Shown: piece by piece, positions 48,004 through 57,025 of the stretch
How the letters are laid out: each line of letters begins with the position of its first letter
Position numbering within the stretch: the stretch's first letter is position 1
The notes under the pieces: generated by a model
Database searches by the model: none
Seen by the model: the letters and a program-made list of their open reading frames with translations, nothing else
What the model was told of the DNA's origin: nothing
Translations under genes and position numbers: made by a program
NCBI GenBank assembly: GCA_964427405.1
Contig: CAYRUB010000009.1
Coordinates: forward strand, 5,129-69,128
DNA from: an uncultured Planctomycetales bacterium
Lineage (GTDB): Bacteria; Omnitrophota; Gorgyraeia; Gygaellales; Profunditerraquicolaceae
Direction: 5' to 3'
DNA: 64,000 nucleotides

Positions 48004-50018
48004 AGATACTTTTTATAACCTTAAGCAATATAGGCGACTGCATATTGAGCCTGCCGGTTTTAGACGCATTGCGCAATAAGTATCCTGAAAGCAAAATCAG
48101 TTGTCTCGTCACTGAAAGGCCTAAGGAGATATTTAGAAATAATCCCGCGGTAGATAAGGTAATTATTTTTGATAAACATGCCAGGTTAATAGATAAGATA
48201 AAATTATTTTCCTCTTTGAGTAAAGAAAAATTCGATATAGTTATTGATTTACGCAACAGTTTCTTCGGAGCTTTCTTACCCGCCAAAAAAAGAAGTTCGC
48301 CGCTGCGTTTTATACCCGCTAATTTCAAACATATGAAGGATAAGCATCTTTTCTGGTCTGGTTTTTCCGGCTATCCTTTCAGGGATAAGAAACAGCAATC
48401 GCTGGTTATCGCTCCCGAAGATGTAAATTATATAAATGGTATTTTAAAAGAACGCAAATTATATGGCAGCGCTAAATTAATCGTGGTTGCTCCCGGAGCG
48501 CGGAGCCAGGTTAAACGCTGGGATAAGCATAATTTCAGCCAGCTTTGCAGCCGCCTGATTAAGGATGGCTGGGATGTAGCCTTGGCAGGGGATAAAGCTG
48601 ACGAGCCAATCTGTTCATACATCTGTCAGGGGAATACGGATAAGATTCTTGATCTCTGCGCTAAGACTTCAATCAGCCAGTTAGCTGTTTTACTAAAAAG
48701 TGCCAGGCTTTTGGTTACTAATGACAGCGCGATAATGCATTTAGCTAGTTATCTGGATGTCCCGGTTGCCGCAATATTCGGGCCTACGGATGAAAATAAA
48801 TACGGGCCATGGTCGAAGGATAAGGTAGTGATAAAAAAAGATATCTTCTGCCGGCCGTGTGAAAAGGCCGTGTGCCGTTTTGCCAGCCTTGCATGCTTAT
48901 CTTGTTTGAAGGTTGATGATGTGCTTGAGCAAATAAATTATTTACTTAAAAGCGAAGAGATAGAAGGTATCCGGGATGCCAGCCTAAAATACCGGCGTAT
49001 TCTAATTGTGCGTACTGACCGCATAGGTGATGTGCTGTTGTCTACTCCGGTAATTAAAGCCTTAAGGCAAAAGTATCCCCAGGCTTATATTTCTATGGTA
49101 GTTTCTCCTTATGCCCGGGATATTGTAGAAGCTAATCCGTATCTGGATGAGGTTATAATTTATGATAAAGACATTAAGCATAAAAGCTGGATGCGCTCGT
49201 TCAAATTTGCCAGCAGGTTAAAAAAGAAGAGGTTTGATTTAGCAATAATCCTGCATCCTACCAACCGCATGCATCTAATAGCTTTCCTGGCAGGCATTCC
49301 TTTACGCCTGGGTTATAACCGTAAATTTGGATTCCTGAATAATCTTAGGGAAAAGCATACAAAACAAGAAGGCTTGAGGCATGAGGTGGAATATAACCTG
49401 GATTTACTTAGCGATTTAGGGGTAGGCGGGAATGCCCGGGATTTATTTATGCCGATTAAGACGGAATCAGAGGAGTGGGCCAAGGATTTATTAGCTAGCA
49501 ATGGAATTAAGGATACGGATAAATTATTAGCGATTAACCCGGGGGCAAGCTGCCCTTCAAAGATTTGGCCGGCAGATAGATTTGCGCAGGTTGCTGAAAT
49601 TTTAGCTAAACGGCATAATTTTAGAATCCTGATTGTGGCTGGGGCTAAAGATATCCCCCTGGCAAATATGGTCGCTCAAAAACTAGGAGATAGGGCGTTA
49701 AATCTGTCCGGCAAGACTTCGGTAAGCCATTTGGCCAGTATACTCAAAAGGTGTTCTTTATTTATATCTAATGATTCCGGGCCGGTGCATATTGCTTCAA
49801 GTTTAGGCGTGCCTGTAATTTCTATTTTTGGCCGCAATCAACCCGGGCTTAGCCCGCGGCGCTGGGGCCCGTTAGGCAAGAGGGATAAATACCTGCATAA
49901 AGATGTAGGCTGTATCCAGTGTTTGGCGCATAATTGCAAGAAAGAATTTATCTGCCTTAAGGCAATCAGCGTCGAGGATGTGCTCTCCGCCGCTGAATCA
50001 ATTTTGAAAATTAAATAA
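48000..50018 (+). CDS. Tandem double GT9 (heptosyltransferase-like) protein
   Basis: Two full GT9 units (IGD...NDSAIMH..FGPT and RIGD...NDSGPVH). Confidence 0.9.
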   Translation: MKILFITLSNIGDCILSLPVLDALRNKYPESKISCLVTERPKEIFRNNPAVDKVIIFDKHARLIDKIKLFSSLSKEKFDIVIDLRNSFFGAFLPAKKRSSPLRFIPANFKHMKDKHLFWSGFSGYPFRDKKQQSLVIAPEDVNYINGILKERKLYGSAKLIVVAPGARSQVKRWDKHNFSQLCSRLIKDGWDVALAGDKADEPICSYICQGNTDKILDLCAKTSISQLAVLLKSARLLVTNDSAIMHLASYLDVPVAAIFGPTDENKYGPWSKDKVVIKKDIFCRPCEKAVCRFASLACLSCLKVDDVLEQINYLLKSEEIEGIRDASLKYRRILIVRTDRIGDVLLSTPVIKALRQKYPQAYISMVVSPYARDIVEANPYLDEVIIYDKDIKHKSWMRSFKFASRLKKKRFDLAIILHPTNRMHLIAFLAGIPLRLGYNRKFGFLNNLREKHTKQEGLRHEVEYNLDLLSDLGVGGNARDLFMPIKTESEEWAKDLLASNGIKDTDKLLAINPGASCPSKIWPADRFAQVAEILAKRHNFRILIVAGAKDIPLANMVAQKLGDRALNLSGKTSVSHLASILKRCSLFISNDSGPVHIASSLGVPVISIFGRNQPGLSPRRWGPLGKRDKYLHKDVGCIQCLAHNCKKEFICLKAISVEDVLSAAESILKIK

Positions 50019-50022
50019 TACT

Positions 50023-50182
50023 GCGTCTGCCTTGGTTTGTTCTTCGCAGGGACGCTCGTTTTGCCCCGGCGTGTCAAAACTTCGCTCGGGTCGGCTGGCG
50101 TCGCTCTCTGACACTAAATATGACGGAACCATGCCCGCTCCTGGCCTCCACGCCCTGCTCAGAATCAAACCAAGTCATCCGT
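50023..50182. repeat. Structured 160-bp element, family C copy 3
   Basis: Same length as copy 1 and nearly identical to it. Confidence 0.92.
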
Positions 50183-50191
50183 TGATATAGC

Positions 50192-50391
50192 AAATATTTT
50201 GCCGAAAGATATTGTGCAGCGTGCATTAGAAATTTTTCGGCATCGCCATCGTAGTTATGTGTGCAAGGCTTTACGGCGAGTGCAGGCAACACCTGATGCG
50301 TAAGGAATCTTGCGCTGCCGGAGCGAGCCGTAAACCGTAGCACACGGCGGAAAATTTCGCACGCGAACAATACCTTGAGAGCAAAATATTT
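50192..50391. repeat. 200-bp multi-stem foldback element (D)
   Basis: Nested stems aaatattttgc/gcaaaatattt, tattgt/acaata, gcgtgc/gcacgc, gaaatttt/aaaatttc, gtgtgc/gcacac, tttacggc/gccgtaaa. Confidence 0.8.
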
Positions 50392-50395
50392 CTGT

Positions 50396-50423
50396 TTGAA
50401 TTAGCGTTGAATTGTGATAAAAT
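50396..50423 (+). promoter_or_regulatory. Putative promoter, near-leaderless
   Basis: TTGAAT-N16-TAAAAT with a TG extension, 8 nt before ATG 50432. Confidence 0.45.
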
Positions 50424-50431
50424 TATTGCCT

Positions 50432-51361
50432 ATGATTAACTTAAAGAAAGTAAAAAGGTATTCCATTAAAACCCGCTTTAGCAAGGTAAATAAGGGGGAT
50501 TTTGCGCTTGTTCCGGCCAAACTTAAGAGCTTTCGTGGTTTTTTAAGTTCCTTGCCGGATATTTTAAAAGCTAAAGACCTGCGGCAGGTTGCTTCGGACA
50601 TTGCTTCAGCCAGAAAGAAGAAAAAAGCGGTAATCTTTATGGCTGGCGCGCATGTAATAAAGTGCGGGCTTAATCCAATACTGATTGAACTGATCAAAAA
50701 GAAGGTGATCAGTTGCATCTGTCTTAATGGCGCCGGGATCATCCATGATTTTGAGATCGCTTTCCAGGGGAAGACTTCCGAAGATGTTGCCGAAAATCTT
50801 AAAAACGGCAGTTTTGGTATGGGTAAGGAAACCGCTGATTTTATTAACCAGGCGGTTTGCGACGGGGTAAGTGAGGGTTTAGGTTTAGGAAGCGCGGTGG
50901 GAAAAATGATTTCCGATGAGAACCTGCCGAATAAGAATTTAAGCCTGCTTTATAATGCTTATAAATATAAAGTGCCGATATGTGTTTTTGTGGGAATCGG
51001 CACGGATATAATACATCAGCATCCTTCATTTGACGCTGGGCTAACCGCGGAAGGCTCATTGCGTGATTTTCATACCCTTGTTGAGAACATCTGTTTATTA
51101 AACCGGGGCGGAGTGATTTTAAATTTTGGCTCAGCTGTACTTTTACCTGAGGTATTTTTAAAGGCGCTTAACCTGGCACGCAACCTTGGGCATAAGGTTA
51201 AGGATTTTACTACTGCCAATTTTGATATGATTTATCAGTACCGTCCGGCGCAGAATGTGGTGGCTCGTCCGACCAGTTCAGGGGGGCAGGGGTATTATAT
51301 TATCGGGCATCATGAAATAATGCTCCCGCTTTTAGCGCAGGCAGTAATTGAGAAGATATGA
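50432..51361 (+). CDS. Deoxyhypusine-synthase-like fold protein of unknown function
   Basis: GAHVIKCG, IHDFE, TSEDV, IGTDIIH, GSAVLLPEVFLKA, GHHEIM. Start probably ATG 50432 rather than GTG 50414. Confidence 0.75.
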   Translation: MINLKKVKRYSIKTRFSKVNKGDFALVPAKLKSFRGFLSSLPDILKAKDLRQVASDIASARKKKKAVIFMAGAHVIKCGLNPILIELIKKKVISCICLNGAGIIHDFEIAFQGKTSEDVAENLKNGSFGMGKETADFINQAVCDGVSEGLGLGSAVGKMISDENLPNKNLSLLYNAYKYKVPICVFVGIGTDIIHQHPSFDAGLTAEGSLRDFHTLVENICLLNRGGVILNFGSAVLLPEVFLKALNLARNLGHKVKDFTTANFDMIYQYRPAQNVVARPTSSGGQGYYIIGHHEIMLPLLAQAVIEKI

Positions 51362-52371
51362 AGAACCTAAGAAAGATAATCCGAAACTTTAATAAAGCAA
51401 AGATTTTAGTCATAGGGGATCTGATCCTGGATGAATATATATGGGGTAGCGTAGAGAGAATATCTCCGGAAGCCCCGGTTCCCGTGCTTTGGGCGAATAA
51501 GCGCACCTTTGTCCCTGGAGGCACAGCTAATGTTGCCAATAATATCCGTTCTTTAGGAGCGAAAGTTTCTTTGCTTGGGGTTACGGGAGATGATGCCAAT
51601 TCCAAGATATTATTCGCTGAGCTAAAGAAAAGAAAGATTAATACGCAGGGTATTTTTATAGAGCGCAAAAGGCATACTACTGTAAAAACGCGTATCCTCG
51701 CCGGGCATCAACAGGTGGTAAGGGTGGATTGGGAACATACGCATGACCTGCCGGAAGAATTAAATGCAAAGATCTTAAGATATATTGAGAAAAATATCAG
51801 TTCGTTTGATGCGGTGATTATCGAGGATTATGGCAAGGGGGTAATTAATGTGGAGCTTCTTGGCAAGCTTGTTTCTTTAGCCAAGGCCCACAAGAAGATT
51901 ATTACCGTAGACCCCAAAGAAGAAAATTTCCAGTATTATCATGGAGTAACCGCTATAACTCCTAACCGCAAGGAGCTGGAAAATGCTATCAGAAATCTTA
52001 AAATAAAAGACAACAGCAACAGGTTTAAAATTAATACCGACAGGTTGTTTACGGATAAAGATATTGATTCTGCCGCCAGGCAGATCGCGGAGTATTTAAA
52101 TCTGGATTCTATTTTAGTTACTTTAGGCGAACAGGGGATGAAGCTGCTTGAGAAGAACGGCCGCCTGACGCATATTCCAACCGTAGCGCAAGAGGTTTTT
52201 GATGTATCAGGAGCAGGGGATACGGTAATCAGCAGTTTTACTCTGGCTCTTTGCGCGGGTGCCTCAAAACTTGAAGCAGCGCATATTGCTAATTTCGCCG
52301 CGGGTATTGTTGTGGGTAAATTGGGAACCGCAGTAACAAATTCCCGGGAACTTTTAGAGAGGATTAAATAA
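51358..52371 (+). CDS. rfaE1: D-glycero-D-manno-heptose-7-phosphate kinase
   Basis: RISPEAPVP, GGTANVA, DYGKG, TPN, DVSGAGDTV. Confidence 0.93.
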   Translation: MKNLRKIIRNFNKAKILVIGDLILDEYIWGSVERISPEAPVPVLWANKRTFVPGGTANVANNIRSLGAKVSLLGVTGDDANSKILFAELKKRKINTQGIFIERKRHTTVKTRILAGHQQVVRVDWEHTHDLPEELNAKILRYIEKNISSFDAVIIEDYGKGVINVELLGKLVSLAKAHKKIITVDPKEENFQYYHGVTAITPNRKELENAIRNLKIKDNSNRFKINTDRLFTDKDIDSAARQIAEYLNLDSILVTLGEQGMKLLEKNGRLTHIPTVAQEVFDVSGAGDTVISSFTLALCAGASKLEAAHIANFAAGIVVGKLGTAVTNSRELLERIK

Positions 52372-52372
52372 A

Positions 52373-53113
52373 ATGGATGTAATCGGAGTTATACCGGCCA
52401 GGTATTCATCTACCAGGTTTAAGGGTAAGGTCTTGGTGGATATTATGGGTAAGCCTATGTTGCAGCATGTCTGGGAAAGGGCTAAAGCAAGCCGCATGCT
52501 GGATGATTTGATTATTGCTTGTGACGATGAAATAATCCAAAAGGCTGCTGTTGAATTCGGAGCTAAAACAGTGATGACTTCTAAAGAGCATACCTGTGGT
52601 ACTGACAGGATCAGTGAAGTAGTTAATCCCCTGGACGTCAAAGTCGTTATTAATATCCAGGGTGATGAGCCTTTGATTCATCCGATGATGATTGACAGCC
52701 TCGCACGCGCTTTATTAGAAAACAGTTCTCTTAGCATGGCGACAATTATGAAGAGGATTGAAGATCCGGCGGAGATAACTGATCCAAACGTGGTAAAGGT
52801 AGTGGTGGACAAGAATAATCTCGCCCTGTATTTTTCACGCGCGCCTATTCCGTATTTAGCGCCTAACGCCGAAATTAAAGAGGCAACTTATTATAAACAT
52901 ATCGGCCTTTATGGCTATACCAAAGATTTTCTTTTTACTTATAAGAATTTGCCTGTTTCTAACCTTGAGAGAACGGAGAAACTTGAGCAATTGCGTGTTT
53001 TAGCCGAGGGATTTAAAATTAAGGTGATCGAAACTAAATTTGATACCATAAGCGTGGATACTCCTGAGGATTTAGAGAGGGTCAAGGTTTTATTACAAAA
53101 GGGGATAAACTAA
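52373..53113 (+). CDS. kdsB: CMP-Kdo synthetase
   Basis: IPARYSSTR, GTDR, NIQGDEP, YFSR, EKLEQLR. Confidence 0.97.
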   Translation: MDVIGVIPARYSSTRFKGKVLVDIMGKPMLQHVWERAKASRMLDDLIIACDDEIIQKAAVEFGAKTVMTSKEHTCGTDRISEVVNPLDVKVVINIQGDEPLIHPMMIDSLARALLENSSLSMATIMKRIEDPAEITDPNVVKVVVDKNNLALYFSRAPIPYLAPNAEIKEATYYKHIGLYGYTKDFLFTYKNLPVSNLERTEKLEQLRVLAEGFKIKVIETKFDTISVDTPEDLERVKVLLQKGIN

Positions 53114-53926
53114 ATGCGCCAGGTGAATGTGGGAAATATAAAATTTGGGGATAAATTTCCGCTGGTACTTATTGCCGGGCCCTGTGTTATTGAATCGGAA
53201 AGTTCCTGCCTTGAAGCCGCCAGAAAGATTAAGGCTATTGCGGCGTCATGCGGAGTACCTTTTATATTCAAGTCTAGCTTTGATAAAGCCAATCGTCTTT
53301 CCGTTGATTCTTATCGCGGCCCGGGATTAAGCAAGGGGTTGGTTATTTTAAAGAAAGTAAAGCAGCAACTTAAAGTTCCTATTTTGAGTGATGTGCATTG
53401 CGCAAAAGATATGGCTGCGGCAGCTAAGGTGTTGGATATTATTCAGATCCCGGCATTTTTGTGCCGTCAGACAGATATTGTGTTGGCTGCGGCAAGAACC
53501 GGCAAAGTGGTGAATATCAAAAAAGGGCAGTTCCTGGCTCCCTGGGATGTCCTGCCGATAATCAAAAAGGTTGAATCCGCCGGAAATAAAAATATTTTGA
53601 TCACGGAAAGAGGGGTAAGTTTTGGCTATAATAACCTGGTTACGGATTACCGGGCTCTTTCGATTATGCGCGGGTTTGGCTATCCGGTAATTTACGATGC
53701 TACACACAGCGTACAGCTTCCCGGAGGAAAAGGTGCTTGTTCAGGCGGCCAGAGTGAATTTGTCTCCGGGCTTTCCAGGGCAGCTGTGGCTTTTGGTTGC
53801 GACGGCCTATTTTTAGAGGTGCATATTGATCCTAAAACAGCGCCATGCGACGGGCCAAATATGATTAATTTTAAAGAATTAGAAAACCTGTTAAAACAAA
53901 TCAAAAAAATTGAGCGTGCATTATGA
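53114..53926 (+). CDS. kdsA: Kdo-8-phosphate synthase
   Basis: AGPCVIE, DKANR, PAFLCRQT, KKGQF, DATHSVQ. Confidence 0.97.
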   Translation: MRQVNVGNIKFGDKFPLVLIAGPCVIESESSCLEAARKIKAIAASCGVPFIFKSSFDKANRLSVDSYRGPGLSKGLVILKKVKQQLKVPILSDVHCAKDMAAAAKVLDIIQIPAFLCRQTDIVLAAARTGKVVNIKKGQFLAPWDVLPIIKKVESAGNKNILITERGVSFGYNNLVTDYRALSIMRGFGYPVIYDATHSVQLPGGKGACSGGQSEFVSGLSRAAVAFGCDGLFLEVHIDPKTAPCDGPNMINFKELENLLKQIKKIERAL

Positions 53927-54891
53927 AAATAAATGTGATTAAGCGGGCAAAAGAGGTTTTGGATATTGAGGCAGATGCGGTAAGATTGTTGAAAGGCCGG
54001 CTGAATAAAGGGTTTGTAAAGGCAGTTGAATTGATCCTCAAGAATAAGGGAAGGGTAGTGGTCAGCGGTATGGGTAAGACAGGTATTATCGCGCAAAAAC
54101 TTTCCGCCACCCTTGCCTCTACCGGTACTCCTAGTTTATTCTTGCATACCGCAGAGGCGATCCATGGTGACTTGGGAAAAGTTACGGCAGATGATGTTGT
54201 AGTCATTCTTTCTAACAGCGGCTCTACCGAAGAGATGAAGCAATTGCTTCCTATACTTAAAAAGATAGGCTCCCCGATTATATCGCTTACGGGAAATTTA
54301 AAATCCGTGCTTGCTAAATACAGCGATGTAGTTTTGGATGTTTCAGTTAAAAAAGAGGCCTGCCCATTAGGTCTGGCACCTACTGCTTCTACCACTGCTA
54401 CCTTGGCAATGGCGGATGCTTTGGCGGTTTGTTTACTTGAGCTAAAAGGTTTTAAAGAAAAAGATTTTGCTTTTTTCCATCCCGGCGGGGCTTTAGGCAA
54501 GCGGCTGCTTTTAAAGGTTGAGGATATCATGCGCCGGGCAGGCGCTAATGCCGTGGTAGATGAAAATAAAAAAGTTTCACAGGTCTTATGCGCGATTACC
54601 CGCGCAAGGGCAGGTTCAGCTACGGTTGTAGACAAGCAGGGTAAGCTAAAGGGGATTTTTACCGATGGAGATCTGCGCCGGCATCTAGATACTGATGGGA
54701 ATTTGGCGCAGCGCTTGATCAAAGAAGTAATGACTAAAAATCCTACAGTAGTAGATAAAGATATGCTGGCTGCCGAGGCAATGCGTATATTGCAGGTTAA
54801 GAAAATAGACGAGGTTCCTGTAGTAGATAAATTTATGCGTCCGGTGGGCCTGCTGGATGTGCAGGACCTGCTTAGGGCAGGGTTGGTTTAA
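53923..54891 (+). CDS. kdsD: Arabinose-5-phosphate isomerase (KdsD/GutQ)
   Basis: SIS domain GMGK, STGTP, HGDLG, EACP, HPGG, followed by two CBS domains. Confidence 0.95.
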   Translation: MKINVIKRAKEVLDIEADAVRLLKGRLNKGFVKAVELILKNKGRVVVSGMGKTGIIAQKLSATLASTGTPSLFLHTAEAIHGDLGKVTADDVVVILSNSGSTEEMKQLLPILKKIGSPIISLTGNLKSVLAKYSDVVLDVSVKKEACPLGLAPTASTTATLAMADALAVCLLELKGFKEKDFAFFHPGGALGKRLLLKVEDIMRRAGANAVVDENKKVSQVLCAITRARAGSATVVDKQGKLKGIFTDGDLRRHLDTDGNLAQRLIKEVMTKNPTVVDKDMLAAEAMRILQVKKIDEVPVVDKFMRPVGLLDVQDLLRAGLV

Positions 54892-54893
54892 CT

Positions 54894-55436
54894 ATGCCTA
54901 ATGAAATAACAAAAGAAGAATTAACCAGCCGCCTGCGAAAAGTCAAGCTGCTCCTTTTGGATGTCGACGGGGTTTTGACTGACGGCAGGATAGTCTACGA
55001 TTCCAGGGGCAGCGAGCTTAAATTTTTTGATGTACATGACGGGTTAGGGGTATTTGTATTACATAAAGCTGGGATTTCTACTATTTTGATTACAGCTAAA
55101 GGCTCTAAGACTATCCGGCCGCGCGCCAGGGATATGCGGGTGGCGGAAGTTTTTGCCGATGTTTTCCCTAAGACCGCGGTACTGGATAAGATTATCAAGA
55201 AATATAAAGTTTCTATAGATGAAATTTGTTTTGTGGCGGATGACTTGGTGGATCTGTCGCTTATGCGAAGAGTAGGTTTGCCGATAGCCGTTGGGAATGC
55301 CTCCGGTGAAATAAAAGAGGCCGCAGTTTATATAACTAATCATACGGGCGGACGTGGAGCTGTCAGAGAAATCTCCGAGATGATCCTTAAGTCGCAGGGT
55401 AAATGGGAAGATATTTTAAAATTTTATGGAGTTTAA
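54894..55436 (+). CDS. kdsC: Kdo-8-phosphate phosphatase
   Basis: DVDGVLTDG, GGRGAVRE. Confidence 0.95.
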   Translation: MPNEITKEELTSRLRKVKLLLLDVDGVLTDGRIVYDSRGSELKFFDVHDGLGVFVLHKAGISTILITAKGSKTIRPRARDMRVAEVFADVFPKTAVLDKIIKKYKVSIDEICFVADDLVDLSLMRRVGLPIAVGNASGEIKEAAVYITNHTGGRGAVREISEMILKSQGKWEDILKFYGV

Positions 55437-56322
55437 GAAGTCTGTATTTTTAATCCTGGCGTCTATATTTTTTTACGGTAGCTCTTTCGCGGTTGAAACC
55501 AATATAGCAGCTAAAGAATCTAAAGATTCTGATCAGCAGATCGGCGATTTCTCCCTTTCAGGATATGGCGAAAAAGGGAAAAAATCCTGGGATCTGTCCG
55601 GAAAATCAGCAGATATATTTAATGAAGTAGTCAAACTTAAAGAGGTAGTGGGCAATCATTACGCGGACAAAGACAGTATTAACCTTACCGCCGATAACGG
55701 CGATTTTAATAAGAATAGCGGAGTTGTGCATTTAGAAAATAATGTGGTAATTACCACCTCCAGCGGAGCAAAACTAACTACTAATTCCCTGGATTGGGAT
55801 CGCAAGCAGCAGATAGTCAGCACTTTGGATAAGGTTAGCCTTCAGCGTTCGGATATGAATCTTACCGGTGAAGGCGCCAAGGGGCAGACCGCGCTTAAGC
55901 AGGTGGCATTGGAAAAAAATGTGCGTTTGGATATTGAACCTTTAGATAAACAAAAGGCCAAAAAGGAAAAAATTGTAATTATCTGCGATGGCCCTCTTGA
56001 GGTGGATTATGAAAAAAATATTGCCATATTTAATAATAATGTTAAAGTAGAAACGCCGGATTCAACCATTTATAGCGATAAAATGCAGGTTTATTTTACT
56101 GCGAAACAAGAAGGGGCTAAGAAGGGCGAAGGGGCTGCGGTGATGTCCAGCTCTATTAATAGGATTGTTGCCCAAGGGAATGTGCGTATATTACGCGGCG
56201 AAAATACTTCTTATAGCCAGGAGGCGGTCTATACTGCTTTGGATAAGAGAATAGTTTTGACCGGCAGGCCTCATATAGAGATTTATCAGACGGAGAATAT
56301 GAATGCAGCTTTTGGAAACTAA
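55426..56322 (+). CDS. lptC: LptC-like protein with a second LptA/OstA-like domain
   Basis: Lies between kdsC and lptB; two beta-jellyroll-like segments. Confidence 0.75.
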   Translation: MEFKKSVFLILASIFFYGSSFAVETNIAAKESKDSDQQIGDFSLSGYGEKGKKSWDLSGKSADIFNEVVKLKEVVGNHYADKDSINLTADNGDFNKNSGVVHLENNVVITTSSGAKLTTNSLDWDRKQQIVSTLDKVSLQRSDMNLTGEGAKGQTALKQVALEKNVRLDIEPLDKQKAKKEKIVIICDGPLEVDYEKNIAIFNNNVKVETPDSTIYSDKMQVYFTAKQEGAKKGEGAAVMSSSINRIVAQGNVRILRGENTSYSQEAVYTALDKRIVLTGRPHIEIYQTENMNAAFGN

Positions 56323-57025
56323 GGGCTTAGCTAAATCATACGATGGTCGGACTGTTGTTAATGGCGTAGACATTACGGTTAAGCGCGGTGAAATTGTCGG
56401 TTTGCTGGGGCCTAATGGGGCGGGAAAGACCACGACTTTTTATATGATCGTAGGCATTGTGCCCCCAAATCGCGGCACAATTGTCTTTGACAATCATGAC
56501 ATTACGAATCTGCCTATTCATGAGCGCGCGCGTTTTGGCATAGGTTATCTTTCGCAGGAGGCCTCAATATTCCGTAAGCTGACGGTTGCAGAAAATATAA
56601 ATGCAATCCTGGAAACCCTGCCTTTGAGCCGTACGCAGAGAAAACGCAGGCTGATTTCCTTACTTGAAGAATTAAATATCGCGCATTTAGCGAAAAATAA
56701 GGCGTATACCTTAAGTGGAGGGGAAAGGCGCAGGCTTGAGATTACCCGTGCCTTGGTAACTAACCCTTCTTTTATACTTTTAGATGAGCCTTTTTCCGGC
56801 ATTGACCCTATAGTAGTCAATGAGGCCCAGGAGATTATCAAAGAATTAAAAGCAAAGGGATTGGGTATTTTATTAACCGATCATAATGTGCGCGAGACCT
56901 TGGCTATAACTGATCGGGCTTATTTGATTGCTGATGGAGCGATTCTTATATCAGGTTCGGCGCATGAGTTGATCAGCCATCCGCGCGCGCGCGAGGTTTA
57001 TTTAGGTGAAAAATTTAGAATGTGA
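56303..57025 (+). CDS. lptB: LPS export ABC ATPase
   Basis: GPNGAGKTT, QEASIFRKL, LSGGERRR, LDEPF, TDHNVRETL. Confidence 0.97.
   Translation: MQLLETKGLAKSYDGRTVVNGVDITVKRGEIVGLLGPNGAGKTTTFYMIVGIVPPNRGTIVFDNHDITNLPIHERARFGIGYLSQEASIFRKLTVAENINAILETLPLSRTQRKRRLISLLEELNIAHLAKNKAYTLSGGERRRLEITRALVTNPSFILLDEPFSGIDPIVVNEAQEIIKELKAKGLGILLTDHNVRETLAITDRAYLIADGAILISGSAHELISHPRAREVYLGEKFRM

Noticed and set aside
23015-50391. CRISPR array or integron attC interpretation of the repeats
   Set aside because: Copies are dispersed with no regular repeat-spacer period. There are no cas or intI genes, and I did not see consistent RYYYAAC/GTTRRRY ends across the families.
53901-54722. 273-aa antisense ORF and the many other short antisense or alternate-frame ORFs
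   Set aside because: They lie opposite or inside well-conserved genes (here kdsD) and show no recognisable motifs.
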